Below, piece after piece: positions 42,348-52,066 of a DNA stretch of 64,000 bases. The stretch's first letter is position 1, and each line of letters begins with the position of its first letter. This DNA is from Patescibacteria group bacterium (GTDB taxonomy: Bacteria; Patescibacteriota; Patescibacteriia; PEXW01): positions 1,714 through 65,713 of the forward strand of contig JBBTVB010000003.1 in the NCBI GenBank assembly GCA_038063455.1, given 5' to 3'. The notes beneath the pieces are model-generated. The model was not told the DNA's origin. It did no database searches and worked only from the letters and a program-made list of their open reading frames with translations. A program made the position numbers and the translations under genes.

Positions 42348-44885
42348 ATGCCCCTACCCATCCTGCACAAAGTCCACCGCCGGCCAGTCCGTGACGATGA
42401 GTCGCACGACCATAAACGCCGCTGGGATCGTCGACGCATCCTGCGCCTGGTTGGTATTATCGCCGGCTTTGGCATACTCGCGGGCATCATCTTGGCCATT
42501 GGTGCGTTTGCCTGGATCAGCCGGGACTTGCCCGACCCAAATCGGATTAAAGACCGCGTCGTGGCGCAGAGCACAAAAATTTACGCCCGCGACGGCACCA
42601 CGCTGCTCTACGACGTGCACGGCGACCAAAAACGCACGCTGGTAAAACTGCAGGATATCCCCGAGCACGTGCGCCAGGCCACTATTGCCCTGGAAGACCG
42701 CGACTTCTACAAGCACAACGGCGTGAGCATCCGCGGTCTGCTCCGCGGCGTCATTCTGGACACGCTGCGCGGCCGGGCCACGGGCGGCTCCACCATTACC
42801 CAGCAGTTTGTCAAAAATTCCATCCTCACCTCGGAGCGGAAAATTTCGCGCAAGCTCAAAGAGATAATTCTAGCGTACGAACTGGAGCGGAAATTTAGCA
42901 AGGACGACATTCTGCAACTCTACTTCAACGAAATTCCGTACGGCAGCACCATCTACGGCATCGAAGCGGCCAGCCAGAGCTTCTTCGGCAAATCGGTAAA
43001 AGATTTGAGCATTGCCGAGGGCGCACTGCTGGCTTCCATCCCCCAGCGGCCAACCTACTTGAGCCCGTACGGCAACCACACCGAAGACTTGGTCGGCCGC
43101 CAACGCTACGCGCTGGAGCAAATGCACGCCCAGAACTACATTACCCAGCAGCAACTCGACGATGCGCTCAAGATAGACATTCTCAAAAAGGTCCAGACCA
43201 AGCGCGAAGAAATCAAAGCCCCCCACTTTGTGCTCATGGTCAAAGAGCAGCTGGCCGACCGCTATGGCGAGAACGTCCTGGAGCGCGGCGGCTTGAAGGT
43301 GATTACGACGCTGGACTGGCACGTGCAGGGCATTGCGGAAAAAGCCATTACCGACGGCGTGAAAAAGAATGAGAAAAAGTACAAGGCCGAAAACATGGCC
43401 ATGTCCGCTATCGACCCCAAAACCGGCCAGGTGGTGGCCTTGGTTGGCTCGCGGGACTACTTTGACACGGCCCACGACGGCAACGTCAACGTTACCATCC
43501 GCGAACGCAACCCGGGTTCCTCATTCAAGCCCATTATCTACCTTACGGCTTTCACCAAAGGCTACTCGCCAGACACGCTCATGTTCGACCTGCGCACCAA
43601 CTTCGGCGGGCGGCCAGCGTACGTGCCCAACAACTACGACGGTAAAGACCATGGCCCGCTGACCATGCGGCAGACGTTGGCTGGTTCGCTCAATATTCCC
43701 GCGGTCAAAACGCTGTACCTGGCCGGTATTCCTAGCGCCATCGATATGGCGCGCAAGCTTGGCTACACCACCCTCACCGAGCCAGACAAGTATGGCCTGG
43801 CCCTGGCGCTCGGCGCGGGCGGCACCAAACTCATCGAGCACACCAATGCCTTTGCGACCATTGCTGCAAACGGCCAACACCGACCGATTGTTACCATCTT
43901 GAAAGTGCAGGATAAAAATGGCAAAACCTTGGAGCAATTCCGCGATCAACCCGAACAGGTGGTGGACAAAGACGCCGTGGCAAAACTCCTCAGCATCCTG
44001 ACGGACAACCAAGCACGGAGTTTCGTGTTCGGCTCCCGCTCGCCACTGATTCTGCCCGACCGCACGCTCTTTGCCAAAACCGGCACCACCAACGACTGGC
44101 GCGACGGCTGGACTATGGGCGGCACGCCCTCACTCGTGGCCGGTTTCTGGGCGGGCAACAATGACAACTCCACCATGGCCAAAGGCGCAGACGGCGTGCT
44201 GGTGGCCGCCCCGGCCTGGAACCAATTCCTGAAAGAAGCCTTAAAGGGCAGCAAGCGGGAAAACTATCCGGCGCTGCCCAAGAATACCGCCACCAAGCCT
44301 GTGCTGCTCGGACAGTTAACGGCCGACACACCTATTCCCGTCGACCGCGTCACCGGCAAGCGCATTCCTGACGCGTGCGTCGCCACCTACCCTGCGGCCT
44401 ACGTGAGCTCGGTCACGGTAAAAACCGTGCACGACATTTTATTCTACGTGCAGAAAGAAGACCCCCAAGGCGACGCGCCGACAAACCCTGCCGCCGACCC
44501 ACAGTACACGCGCTGGGAAGAACCGGTGCAAAAATGGGCAAAGTCTAAAGGTTACCTAGCGCAGGAGCCTGAACTGGGAGATTGTAATCTGCGCGACCCC
44601 GGGGCTGCGCCGACCGTGAGTATTACCAACCCGACGCTCAACCAAACCATTAGCTCAACCTCGCTGGCCGTAAGCACAGCCACCGGTGGTCCCCGGCCAA
44701 TTGTAAAAGTAGTCTACACCGTGGACGACAAGATTGTCGGTGAGTCTGCGGTGGGCCCAGACTTTGCTGCCATGCTGGGTCTCACTGGCTTTGAGAGCGG
44801 CTTCCACACCCTAGCCGCCCAAGTGGTGGACGCCGTGGAAAACACCAGCAGCACGAACATTACGTTTAACTACTTAGTACCCTAA
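42348..44885 (+). CDS. Class A penicillin-binding protein (PBP1A: GT51 transglycosylase + transpeptidase)
   Basis: EDRDFYKHNGV, GGSTITQQFVKN, RKLKEIILAYELE, SSFKP, KTGTT. The track ORF starts at GTG 42234; ATG 42348 (MPLPILHK...) just precedes the TM anchor. Start uncertain. Confidence 0.9.
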   Translation: MPLPILHKVHRRPVRDDESHDHKRRWDRRRILRLVGIIAGFGILAGIILAIGAFAWISRDLPDPNRIKDRVVAQSTKIYARDGTTLLYDVHGDQKRTLVKLQDIPEHVRQATIALEDRDFYKHNGVSIRGLLRGVILDTLRGRATGGSTITQQFVKNSILTSERKISRKLKEIILAYELERKFSKDDILQLYFNEIPYGSTIYGIEAASQSFFGKSVKDLSIAEGALLASIPQRPTYLSPYGNHTEDLVGRQRYALEQMHAQNYITQQQLDDALKIDILKKVQTKREEIKAPHFVLMVKEQLADRYGENVLERGGLKVITTLDWHVQGIAEKAITDGVKKNEKKYKAENMAMSAIDPKTGQVVALVGSRDYFDTAHDGNVNVTIRERNPGSSFKPIIYLTAFTKGYSPDTLMFDLRTNFGGRPAYVPNNYDGKDHGPLTMRQTLAGSLNIPAVKTLYLAGIPSAIDMARKLGYTTLTEPDKYGLALALGAGGTKLIEHTNAFATIAANGQHRPIVTILKVQDKNGKTLEQFRDQPEQVVDKDAVAKLLSILTDNQARSFVFGSRSPLILPDRTLFAKTGTTNDWRDGWTMGGTPSLVAGFWAGNNDNSTMAKGADGVLVAAPAWNQFLKEALKGSKRENYPALPKNTATKPVLLGQLTADTPIPVDRVTGKRIPDACVATYPAAYVSSVTVKTVHDILFYVQKEDPQGDAPTNPAADPQYTRWEEPVQKWAKSKGYLAQEPELGDCNLRDPGAAPTVSITNPTLNQTISSTSLAVSTATGGPRPIVKVVYTVDDKIVGESAVGPDFAAMLGLTGFESGFHTLAAQVVDAVENTSSTNITFNYLVP

Positions 44886-44978
44886 GTCTTGGGGCCTTGG
44901 TCGTCACTGTTGACGGGTACGTAGGTTTTGTCGTAGGGTAAGCCAAAATAACAACTCAAGCTTTCCAAGGAGGAAAAA

Positions 44979-45347
44979 GTGTACGTTTGTATTATTATTG
45001 TACAAAAGGAATTGCGCGAGCAACTGCACCAGGTCGTGAAAAAGAATTTTCCAAACAGCACTCACCCTGCGTTTGCTAACTTGACTGCCCTTGAGGATGT
45101 TCGTTTCAAGAAACAGCTGCTGCAAGTAGACCTAGCCATCGTCCACACCGCCGATGCCTCTAGAAATCTTGGTATCTACATAAGTAGAATTCAATCAACG
45201 ACGGGCTGCGGCAAGGTACTGCTCATGCGCCGGCCAAATGAATCAATGGAGCTGCACGAGTCTAGCTGCGGCGTTGTTACTTTGGTCGAGCCACTCAATG
45301 AGAGCTTGCTTGCTGTTAAGGTGGGGTATGTGTTAGCACTTCCGTAA
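44979..45347 (+). CDS. Hypothetical protein (122 aa), possibly a degenerate receiver-like fold
   Basis: SD AAGGAGG (44967-44973) before GTG 44979. AT-richer. No confident family. Confidence 0.5.
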   Translation: MYVCIIIVQKELREQLHQVVKKNFPNSTHPAFANLTALEDVRFKKQLLQVDLAIVHTADASRNLGIYISRIQSTTGCGKVLLMRRPNESMELHESSCGVVTLVEPLNESLLAVKVGYVLALP

Positions 45348-45363
45348 ACACCCAAATATGCTT

Positions 45364-45391
45364 ATCTCGAGACCACTCTCGGGATTTTTTT
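45364..45391 (+). terminator. Rho-independent terminator
   Basis: ATCTCGAGA (45364-45372) / TCTCGGGAT (45377-45385) with one G-U, loop CCAC, T6 at 45386-45391 (overlaps the dnaN stop codon). Confidence 0.75.
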
Positions 45392-46499
45392 ATTGCCGAA
45401 TGGGCATGACCAAGTAGCGGAACATGGGCTGCAGCTTGTCTGGCGCTTTGGGCACGAGCAGGCCCGGCCCTTTTTCGTCGTTGAGCCGCAGCTCCACCTC
45501 GTCGCTACCCATAGCTTGCAGGCCATCCAATAAGAAGCGCCAGTTAAATACAATGCGCACCTCACCCCCGGTCACGCTCGCCGGAAAATGTGCCTCACCA
45601 GTACCAACCTGGGCATTAGCGGCGTTCACGGTCACTGCATCTGCGCTCGCCGCAGCGCTCAACGTCACGTCGTTGACGCCCGAGCGGCAGAACAAACTCA
45701 CCTGCCGCACCGTCTTGGCAAAGCTCTCAACCCCGGCGGTTACCTGGGTGGTAAAGGCCACTGGAATAATTTGCTCGTAGTCGGGGAACTGGCCTTCGAT
45801 GAGGCGTGAAACAATGTCGAGCTCGTCCGTGGTAAAACCCACCTGATTCTCACCCACCACCACACCCACCTCGCCACTCTCGGGCAGAATGCGGATAAGC
45901 TCCAGCAAGCTGCGGCTCGGCACAATTACCCGCTGCTCGTCTTTTGCTGTGGCGAGGGGCACTTGGGCCTCAGCCAAGCGGTAACTATCTGTGGCGGCAA
46001 ACGTAAGATGTTGGTTGTGGAGGTGGAGCAGCACGCCGCTGATTTCTGGGCGCGACTCGTCCGTAGCCACCGCAAACACCGTTTTACTCAAAGCGGCCTT
46101 TAGTGTTGCTACGGGCAGGCTAAAACGCGTGCCGTCTTGGACCTTCGGGATAACTGGAAAATCCTCTGCCGCCAAGCCTTTCAGGCTCGTCCTTGCGCCG
46201 CCGCCGGCTACCCGCAGCTCATTATTCTCCAGCTCAACAGTCACATTTCCAGTGGGCAGCAAGCTAGCGTAGTCCAGCAGCACCCGCGCCTGCACCGTAA
46301 AGCTACCAGTGGTATCAACCTTACCCCGAACTTTAGCGGTAATCCCAAGCTCTAAATTCGTCGAGATGAGGGTGATACCATCCTTCTCGGCGACCATAAG
46401 AATATTTTTCAAAATCGGCAGCGTGCTCGTGCGGCCAGTGATGTGACTCACACTCTGCAACCCTCGAACGAAGTTTTCTTGCGTGCAAGTGAATTTCAT
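45390..46499 (-). CDS. dnaN: DNA polymerase III beta sliding clamp
   Basis: MKFTCTQENFVRGLQSVSHITGRTSTLPILKNILM. Three-domain length. Immediately downstream of dnaA. Confidence 0.95.
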   Translation of the reverse strand: MKFTCTQENFVRGLQSVSHITGRTSTLPILKNILMVAEKDGITLISTNLELGITAKVRGKVDTTGSFTVQARVLLDYASLLPTGNVTVELENNELRVAGGGARTSLKGLAAEDFPVIPKVQDGTRFSLPVATLKAALSKTVFAVATDESRPEISGVLLHLHNQHLTFAATDSYRLAEAQVPLATAKDEQRVIVPSRSLLELIRILPESGEVGVVVGENQVGFTTDELDIVSRLIEGQFPDYEQIIPVAFTTQVTAGVESFAKTVRQVSLFCRSGVNDVTLSAAASADAVTVNAANAQVGTGEAHFPASVTGGEVRIVFNWRFLLDGLQAMGSDEVELRLNDEKGPGLLVPKAPDKLQPMFRYLVMPIRQ

Positions 46500-46500
46500 A

Positions 46501-46727
46501 TTTTATATAGATAGAGTTAGAAGTAGTTAGTAGGGGATGTGGACGGTGGGGAAAAATATTTTTGTGCTAGTAGGTATTGGTGTTTAGATGCTTTTTTGGC
46601 GCGCAACCTGCGGAGAGAATTGTGTGTAGGGTGGTGGTGAAATTTTGGGTTTTTACGTAGTGTGTTTTACGCGCAGTTTGTACACACTTCTTCCTAATAC
46701 TTTCCCACAACATAACCCACACGTTGC
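46501..46727. other. dnaA-dnaN intergenic region: AT-rich tract, TAG-rich run, weak DnaA-box-like sites
   Basis: TTTTATATAG (46501-46510). Six TAG triplets between 46508 and 46533, followed by GGGG and ATGTGGAC (46535-46543). TTTCCCACA (46701-46709) and TAACCCACA (46713-46721) each have 2 mismatches to TTATCCACA. Confidence 0.4.
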
Positions 46728-48098
46728 TCACATGTAGAGCCGCTGCTTGATGAGGGTGAGGTCTTGCTGGAGTTTAAGATCTTCTTTAAGTTGCCTCGTC
46801 ATTTTTTCGATTGCGTGCATAGCGGTGGAGTGGTCCCGGCCACCGAGCTCTTCGCCGATGGTTGGGAACGACGCTTGAATCTCTTCCCGCATGAGGTACA
46901 TAACTATTTGCCGCGGTTTTACCAGCTCTTGGCGGCGGCTCTGGCCCAGCACCTCAGAGACTTTTACGTCGTAGTACTGGCACACCGCCCCAATAATTTG
47001 CTTCGGCGTGACCGCGTGTTGCCGTTTGGTGTGCGTGGCTTGTGTAATGGAAGAGAGAATGTCTTTAATAGAGTCTACGGTGGGCGCGGTGTGGCTTAGG
47101 TTGTGTACCGCGACAATCCGGTTGAGCGCGCCTTCCAGCTCCCGGACGCTATTCTGGATGACGTTGGCAATGTATACCAGCGCGTCGTCACTCATGTGGA
47201 GTTTACGCTCGCTGCATTTGGCCCGCAGGATAGCAATGCGCGTTTCCAGGTCGGGTTCCTGCACGTCGGCGATCATCCCCCACTCAAAACGAGTAAGCAG
47301 CCGAGCTTCCAGCGCCGCAATGGCCTTGGGCGGCCGATCGGACGACAAGATGATTTGCTTATTTTCTTGGTGGAGCGTGTTGAAGGTGTGGAAGAACTCT
47401 TCTTGCGTTCCTTCTTTGCCAGTGAGGAACTGCACGTCGTCCACGAGCAGCACGTCGACCGACCGCCAGCGTTCGCGGAATTTTGCCATTGTCCCTTTGT
47501 AAATAGCCTGTACGAATTCGTTGGTGAATTGCTCGCAACTCACGTACAGGACACGAGCTTTTGGGCTGTGCGCCAGAATGCCGTGGCCAATGGCCTGCAT
47601 CAGGTGGGTCTTGCCCAAGCCCGCACCGCCGTAGATGAAGAGTGGATTGTAGATGTCGCCCGGCTTCTCGGCGCAAGCTTTGGCCGCGGCCTGGGCCAGC
47701 TCGTTGCCCTTACCAACGATAAAGGTGCCAAAGGTGTAGCGCGGGTTGAGGCCGCCCTTGCCCCCCATGGCCTTCAGCAAAGGGGCGGCTTCCTCGACCA
47801 CCTCGGGTGGGGCACTGGTTACCGCATCCACCGAGGCTTTTGGGCTTTCTACTCGGTAGGCAACGCTTGCTATCTCTTTCTCGGTTAGGTGTTGCAGGGC
47901 GTTGAGGATGTGAGAGTGGTATTTGGTCTCCAGCCAGGACTTTACGAAGTCCGTGGGCACGCCAATAACCGCCTGGTCGCCCTCAATGGTGCTGATGAAG
48001 GTGTTTTTGAACCAGGTCGTGAAGTTGGCTTTGCTCAAATGCAGCTCTAATTCGCCTAGTGTGGCTTCCCAGAGCTTATCATTTGGTAATTTCGGCAT
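46728..48098 (-). CDS. dnaA: Chromosomal replication initiator DnaA
   Basis: YTFGTFIVGKGNELA, NPLFIYGGAGLGKTHL, LLVDDVQFL, C-terminal DNA-binding domain HSTAMHAIEK. Confidence 0.97.
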   Translation of the reverse strand: MPKLPNDKLWEATLGELELHLSKANFTTWFKNTFISTIEGDQAVIGVPTDFVKSWLETKYHSHILNALQHLTEKEIASVAYRVESPKASVDAVTSAPPEVVEEAAPLLKAMGGKGGLNPRYTFGTFIVGKGNELAQAAAKACAEKPGDIYNPLFIYGGAGLGKTHLMQAIGHGILAHSPKARVLYVSCEQFTNEFVQAIYKGTMAKFRERWRSVDVLLVDDVQFLTGKEGTQEEFFHTFNTLHQENKQIILSSDRPPKAIAALEARLLTRFEWGMIADVQEPDLETRIAILRAKCSERKLHMSDDALVYIANVIQNSVRELEGALNRIVAVHNLSHTAPTVDSIKDILSSITQATHTKRQHAVTPKQIIGAVCQYYDVKVSEVLGQSRRQELVKPRQIVMYLMREEIQASFPTIGEELGGRDHSTAMHAIEKMTRQLKEDLKLQQDLTLIKQRLYM

Positions 48099-48150
48099 GG
48101 TCGAAATTTGGCTAACCTAAGCGATTTTCTGATAATACCACAGAACCCAC

Positions 48151-48221
48151 TGTGGAAAAATACCTCAAAAGTGTATAGCTGGGGAATAACCTGTGGATAG
48201 TGTATGGATAACTGTGGCGCA
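48151..48221. promoter_or_regulatory. Cluster of DnaA boxes (probable oriC core)
   Basis: TGTGGAAAA (48151-48159), TGTGGATAG (48192-48200) and TATGGATAA (48203-48211) each differ by 1 nt from TGTGGATAA. Weaker TGTGGCGCA at 48213-48221. Lies between divergent dnaA and rpmH. Confidence 0.6.
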
Positions 48222-48237
48222 TGCACCAAGCACACCT

Positions 48238-48266
48238 TTGACGTGAGCGATTATGATTGGTACACT
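48238..48266 (+). promoter_or_regulatory. rpmH promoter TTGACG-17-TACACT
   Basis: TTGACG 48238-48243, 17-nt spacer, TACACT 48261-48266, ATG 13 nt downstream. Confidence 0.5.
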
Positions 48267-48279
48267 CCCCCTACTCTTT

Positions 48280-48420
48280 ATGCCAAAGCGAACCTACCAA
48301 CCCAAGAAACGTCGCCGCGCCCGCGTGCACGGTTTTCGTGCGCGTAAAGCCCACCCCAACGGTCGGGCCGTGCTCACGCGCCGCCGCCGCAAGGGCCGCA
48401 AGCGCGTTACTGTCCAGTAG
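48280..48420 (+). CDS. rpmH: 50S ribosomal protein L34
   Basis: Hand translation [46 protein letters not shown]. Below the 60-aa track cutoff. Confidence 0.95.
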   Translation: MPKRTYQPKKRRRARVHGFRARKAHPNGRAVLTRRRRKGRKRVTVQ

Positions 48421-48421
48421 C

Positions 48422-48787
48422 ATGCTGCCCCGGAGTGCCCGCTTGCATGCCGACCGGGACATTGCCCGCGTGCTGAAGCACGGCTACCGTAGCAGGCATG
48501 CGCTACTCCAAGTGCTGCTCGCCGCCGGGACAGGCATGCGTAGTCGGGCCACCGTTGTGGTGTCTAAGCAAGTGTCCAAGCACGCGACCGATCGTAACCG
48601 CCTTCGCCGTCAGGTGCAGGCGGTGCTGCCCAAGGCGCTGGCCCTACTCCCCGGGCCCGTGGACGCGCTCGTTCGGCTCTTCCCGCCTGCGGCTCGCGCC
48701 ACGCGCAACGAGCTCATCGCGGCGCTTCGCACTACCTGGCCGACCCATGTCCCCACTTACACTTCGCGCTCGCCACACCGTCGTTAG
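48422..48787 (+). CDS. rnpA: Ribonuclease P protein component
   Basis: In frame within track ORF 48257-48787. [42 protein letters not shown]. Starts 1 nt after the rpmH stop. Confidence 0.85.
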   Translation: MLPRSARLHADRDIARVLKHGYRSRHALLQVLLAAGTGMRSRATVVVSKQVSKHATDRNRLRRQVQAVLPKALALLPGPVDALVRLFPPAARATRNELIAALRTTWPTHVPTYTSRSPHRR

Positions 48788-49088
48788 CCTCATTCGGCTC
48801 TACCAGCTCACGCTTTCGCCAGACCACAGCTGGGTGCGGCATCGGCGGGGTATTGGTGCCTGCCGGTTCTCCCCTACCTGCTCCGAGTATGGCATCGAGG
48901 CAGTTGAGCGCCACGGCGTGCTGCGCGGCGGCTGGCTCACCATCAAACGCATCCTGCGCTGCAACCCCTTTCACGCCATCGGCGTTGATCCCTGCCCGCC
49001 AGTGCCCCCGCCCGTTTCGACAAGCGAAGCGCGTCGGGCGGGTACTGCAGCAGGCGTTGGCAGGCGGGCTGTCCCTCCCTCAAACTAA
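48747..49088 (+). CDS. yidD: Membrane protein insertion efficiency factor YidD (with Pro/Ala-rich C-terminal extension)
   Basis: [38 protein letters not shown]. Start ATG 48747 is inside track ORF 48498-49088 and overlaps rnpA by 41 nt. Confidence 0.85.
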   Translation: MSPLTLRARHTVVSLIRLYQLTLSPDHSWVRHRRGIGACRFSPTCSEYGIEAVERHGVLRGGWLTIKRILRCNPFHAIGVDPCPPVPPPVSTSEARRAGTAAGVGRRAVPPSN

Positions 49089-49091
49089 TTT

Positions 49092-49883
49092 ATGAATATC
49101 TTCACCATCGTTCTCTACGAGCCGCTCTACAACGCCCTCATGTTCCTGTACAAGAATGTGCCCGGGCAGGATTTAGGCGTGGCTATCATCCTCCTTACCC
49201 TACTTATTAAGGGTCTGCTCTTCTGGCCGTCACTCTCGGCTATTCATAGCCAGCAGAAGATGCAGGAAATCCAACCGAAGCTGAAAGAGCTGCAGGAGAA
49301 GTATAAAGATAAGAAGGAAGAGCTCTCCCGCCAGCTCATGGGTTTTTACAAACAGCACAAGGTCAATCCATTTTCCTCTTGCCTGCCGCTGCTGCTGCAA
49401 TTGCCCATTCTTATTGCGCTGTACCGCGTGTTTTTTACGGGGTTGGCGATCGACCCAGCCACCCACCTGCTCAATGCCACCCAGCTCGGGCACTTGTACA
49501 CCCCCCTGCGCGTCGCTTTTGAAACCCTGCAGGTCGACACCTTAAGCTTTAACTTCATCAACCTGGGTGCCAAGCATAACGTCATCCTGGCTTTGCTGGC
49601 TGGTGCCGCCCAATTTTGGCAGTCCAAGATGATGATGAGCCAGCGCCCACCCAAAGTACCCGGAGCGAAAGACGAGGACACCGCCGCACTGGTGAGCAAG
49701 CAAATGACCTACCTCTTGCCAGTCATGACCATTATTTTCGGCTACCAGTTCCCAGCCGGCCTCGCCTTGTACTGGCTGGTGTCCACCCTTTTTCAAGTCT
49801 TGCAGCAGTACTACTACTTCCGTTGGCACAAACCCAGGCAGACCCCGCCAGGCACGCCCGAGGTATTGCCAAAAGCTGCCTAA
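49092..49883 (+). CDS. yidC: YidC/Oxa1-family membrane protein insertase (short form)
   Basis: GVAIILLTLLIKGLLFWP, KMQEIQPKLKELQEKYKDK, KVNPFSSCLPLLLQLPILIALY. Confidence 0.9.
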   Translation: MNIFTIVLYEPLYNALMFLYKNVPGQDLGVAIILLTLLIKGLLFWPSLSAIHSQQKMQEIQPKLKELQEKYKDKKEELSRQLMGFYKQHKVNPFSSCLPLLLQLPILIALYRVFFTGLAIDPATHLLNATQLGHLYTPLRVAFETLQVDTLSFNFINLGAKHNVILALLAGAAQFWQSKMMMSQRPPKVPGAKDEDTAALVSKQMTYLLPVMTIIFGYQFPAGLALYWLVSTLFQVLQQYYYFRWHKPRQTPPGTPEVLPKAA

Positions 49884-49886
49884 CAT

Positions 49887-50192
49887 ATGCGCATGGCCTG
49901 GAGCCAACTCAAGAATCTTCCGGTCATTACCCGTGGCGGGCAGTCGTTGGGACAGGTCGAGGGTCTGCTTTTTGACCCCGAAACCCATGCGATTGTGCAG
50001 TATGAAGTCCGCCAAGGTCTGCCGCTCGCCCGTCGAACATTGTTGGTTGCCGCCAGTCAGGTGGTTAGCATCACTGCCGAGCAGATGATTGTGGAAGATC
50101 TGGTTGGTAAAACGGCCGACGAGCGAACCAGCGCGTTGCCGATAGCCGAAACGACCGCGAGCGGTTTGGCCACGACGCGGAAGATTGGCTGA
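49887..50192 (+). CDS. PRC-barrel-like small protein
   Basis: LKNLPVITRGGQSLGQVEGLLFDPETHAIVQYEV resembles a PRC-barrel/YlmC-like fold. It occupies the position usually held by jag after yidC. Confidence 0.45.
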   Translation: MRMAWSQLKNLPVITRGGQSLGQVEGLLFDPETHAIVQYEVRQGLPLARRTLLVAASQVVSITAEQMIVEDLVGKTADERTSALPIAETTASGLATTRKIG

Positions 50193-50209
50193 CTATTTTT
50201 GCACGGTGG

Positions 50210-50632
50210 TTACCGTACGGTTATCCGCCGGTTTTGATCCCCCACTACACTCAGTGTCACCCACATTACCTTTTTGTCCGAGAGGAAATTTTTTATACGT
50301 TCCGCCCATTCAATAACAATGAGCGCCTTTGGTTGTTGCAACCAGTGCGCCAGGTCCAGGGCGGGTAGTTCCCGGTCAGGGTTTTCTAGCCGGTAACAAT
50401 CCACATGCACCAGCGTGTCGTACGCCGCATGATGTGCTGGATAAATATGCTGCAAGCCAAAGCTGGGCGAGGTTATGCGTTCCCGCACCCCCAGATGCTT
50501 CCCCAGTTCTTGGGTAAGCGTCGTTTTGCCCGCCCCCAGCGGGCCGGTAAGGGCAACAATGCGCGGCTGGTCGCCGAGGATCTGCTTAGCTAGTGCGGGT
50601 AGCTCCGCCTGATTGTGGAGCGCGATCTGCAT
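50210..50632 (-). CDS. tsaE: tRNA t6A37 biosynthesis ATPase TsaE
   Basis: Track ORF 50210-50752. Start set at MQIALHN (50632). LTGPLGAGKTTLTQ, ITSPSFGL, HVDCYRL. Confidence 0.85.
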   Translation of the reverse strand: MQIALHNQAELPALAKQILGDQPRIVALTGPLGAGKTTLTQELGKHLGVRERITSPSFGLQHIYPAHHAAYDTLVHVDCYRLENPDRELPALDLAHWLQQPKALIVIEWAERIKNFLSDKKVMWVTLSVVGDQNRRITVR

Positions 50633-50747
50633 GTTTCCGAGTGTAGCATGAGTGACCCCGCCCAACCCTTGACGTGGGTGCCAGCACAAGGTATCTTCAC
50701 CAACTACCCGTCTCGCCGTGCGAGTCGAGGCAGGCCCTGGAGGGCGG

Positions 50748-50753
50748 TACACT
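50748..50753 (+). promoter_or_regulatory. -10 box TACACT, 7 nt before ATG 50761 (leaderless-type)
   Basis: TACACT 50748-50753, ATTACTT, ATG 50761. Confidence 0.45.
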
Positions 50754-50760
50754 ATTACTT

Positions 50761-51891
50761 ATGGACATGACCACTCTCCAGCAAGCCACCGAGCTGCTCA
50801 AAAAATCTAATTCCGTCCTCATCTGCCTGCCGCATATCCTTTCTACGGACGCGGTGGCAAGTGGCGTGGCGCTCAGCCTGGCTCTTAGCCAGCAGGGCAA
50901 GCAGGTTAAAGTTGTCGGTGCAAATTTTGCCCTGCCGCCGACCCACGCCTTCCTGCCCAAGACCGACGAAATCGGTAAGGACTTGCAGCACCTCAAGAAA
51001 TTTGTGATTAGCCTGGACACGCGCAACGCGCCGTTGGCCGAGTTGTCGTACGACACCACGGATGGCAAACTCAACATCCTCATCACCCCCAAGTCCGGCG
51101 GCTACGCGCCTGCAGATGTGAGCACGCGGACTACCGAACCAACTTTTGACTGCGTCATTACGTTGGATTGCCAAGACCTCGACCACCTGGGGCCGCTCTT
51201 CGCGCACAATGCCGAGTTTTTTTACGCCACGCCCATTATCAACATTGACCACAGCGCAGCTAACGAACACTTTGGCCAGGTGAATGTGGTAGACATGGTG
51301 GCGACATCCGTGGCCGAAATTGTTACCGAGCTGGTGCGCGGACTTGATCCCGCCCTGCTCACGGGCGAGCTTGCCACTGCCTTGCTGACCGGCATGATTG
51401 CCAAGACGAAGAGTTTCCAGACCTCGACGGTAACACCCAAGGTGCTCAGCATGGCCTCGGAGCTCGTGACAGCAGGCGCGCGCCGTGAGGATATTATTCG
51501 CAACCTTTTCCAAACCAAGTCTCTCTCAGTCCTCAAGTTGTGGGGTCGGGCTTTGGCCCGCCTACGCGCCACCGACGACGGCAAGTTGGTATGGGCGGTG
51601 CTCAACCGAGCAGACTTTGAACGGGCTGGCGCCTCGCCGATTTCGTTGCCCGGGGTGTTGGACGAGCTTATTGTGAACACGCCCGACGCGCTGGTGATGG
51701 CAGTGCTCTACGAAGACCCGGCCGGGGGCGTGCGCGCTTTGGTGCAGACGCATCGTTCGGTTAACGGGCTCAAGCTTTTTACTAGCTACAAGCCTGAGGG
51801 CACGGCGCATACTTTTTCGTGGCGTTTGCCCGCCGGCAGCACTACTGACCTGGAAACCCAGCTTCGAGCTGTCGTCGAACAACTGCCATAG
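50761..51891 (+). CDS. DHH-family phosphoesterase (NrnA-like)
   Basis: Track ORF 50674-51891. Start at MDMTT (50761). DHH-type layout with INIDHSAANEHFG and a DHHA1-like C-terminal domain. Confidence 0.75.
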   Translation: MDMTTLQQATELLKKSNSVLICLPHILSTDAVASGVALSLALSQQGKQVKVVGANFALPPTHAFLPKTDEIGKDLQHLKKFVISLDTRNAPLAELSYDTTDGKLNILITPKSGGYAPADVSTRTTEPTFDCVITLDCQDLDHLGPLFAHNAEFFYATPIINIDHSAANEHFGQVNVVDMVATSVAEIVTELVRGLDPALLTGELATALLTGMIAKTKSFQTSTVTPKVLSMASELVTAGARREDIIRNLFQTKSLSVLKLWGRALARLRATDDGKLVWAVLNRADFERAGASPISLPGVLDELIVNTPDALVMAVLYEDPAGGVRALVQTHRSVNGLKLFTSYKPEGTAHTFSWRLPAGSTTDLETQLRAVVEQLP

Positions 51892-52052
51892 GTGCAAGTG
51901 CTTTTATTAATCTAGTGCGGGCGGCTCTGCCCGCAGGCACAGCGGCCTGCGCTTGGATTTGTGGTGTCCCATATCCTTCCAGACCCCCGAAGACGCACTC
52001 ATTGTGCGCCACGCTTTATTTTGGGATGCTCGCTGCGCAGTCGGCACTCCGC

Positions 52053-52058
52053 TATACT
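52053..52058 (+). promoter_or_regulatory. -10 box TATACT, 8 nt before ATG 52067 (leaderless-type)
   Basis: TATACT 52053-52058, GTGTGCAT, ATG 52067. Confidence 0.45.
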
Positions 52059-52066
52059 GTGTGCAT

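Noticed and set aside
51900-51950. Two short GC hairpins (TGCGGGC/GCCCGCA and GCAGGC/GCCTGC) after the DHH gene as a terminator or RNA element.
   Set aside because: The stems are short (6-7 bp), there is no U-run and no second copy. At this GC content they are within what chance would produce.
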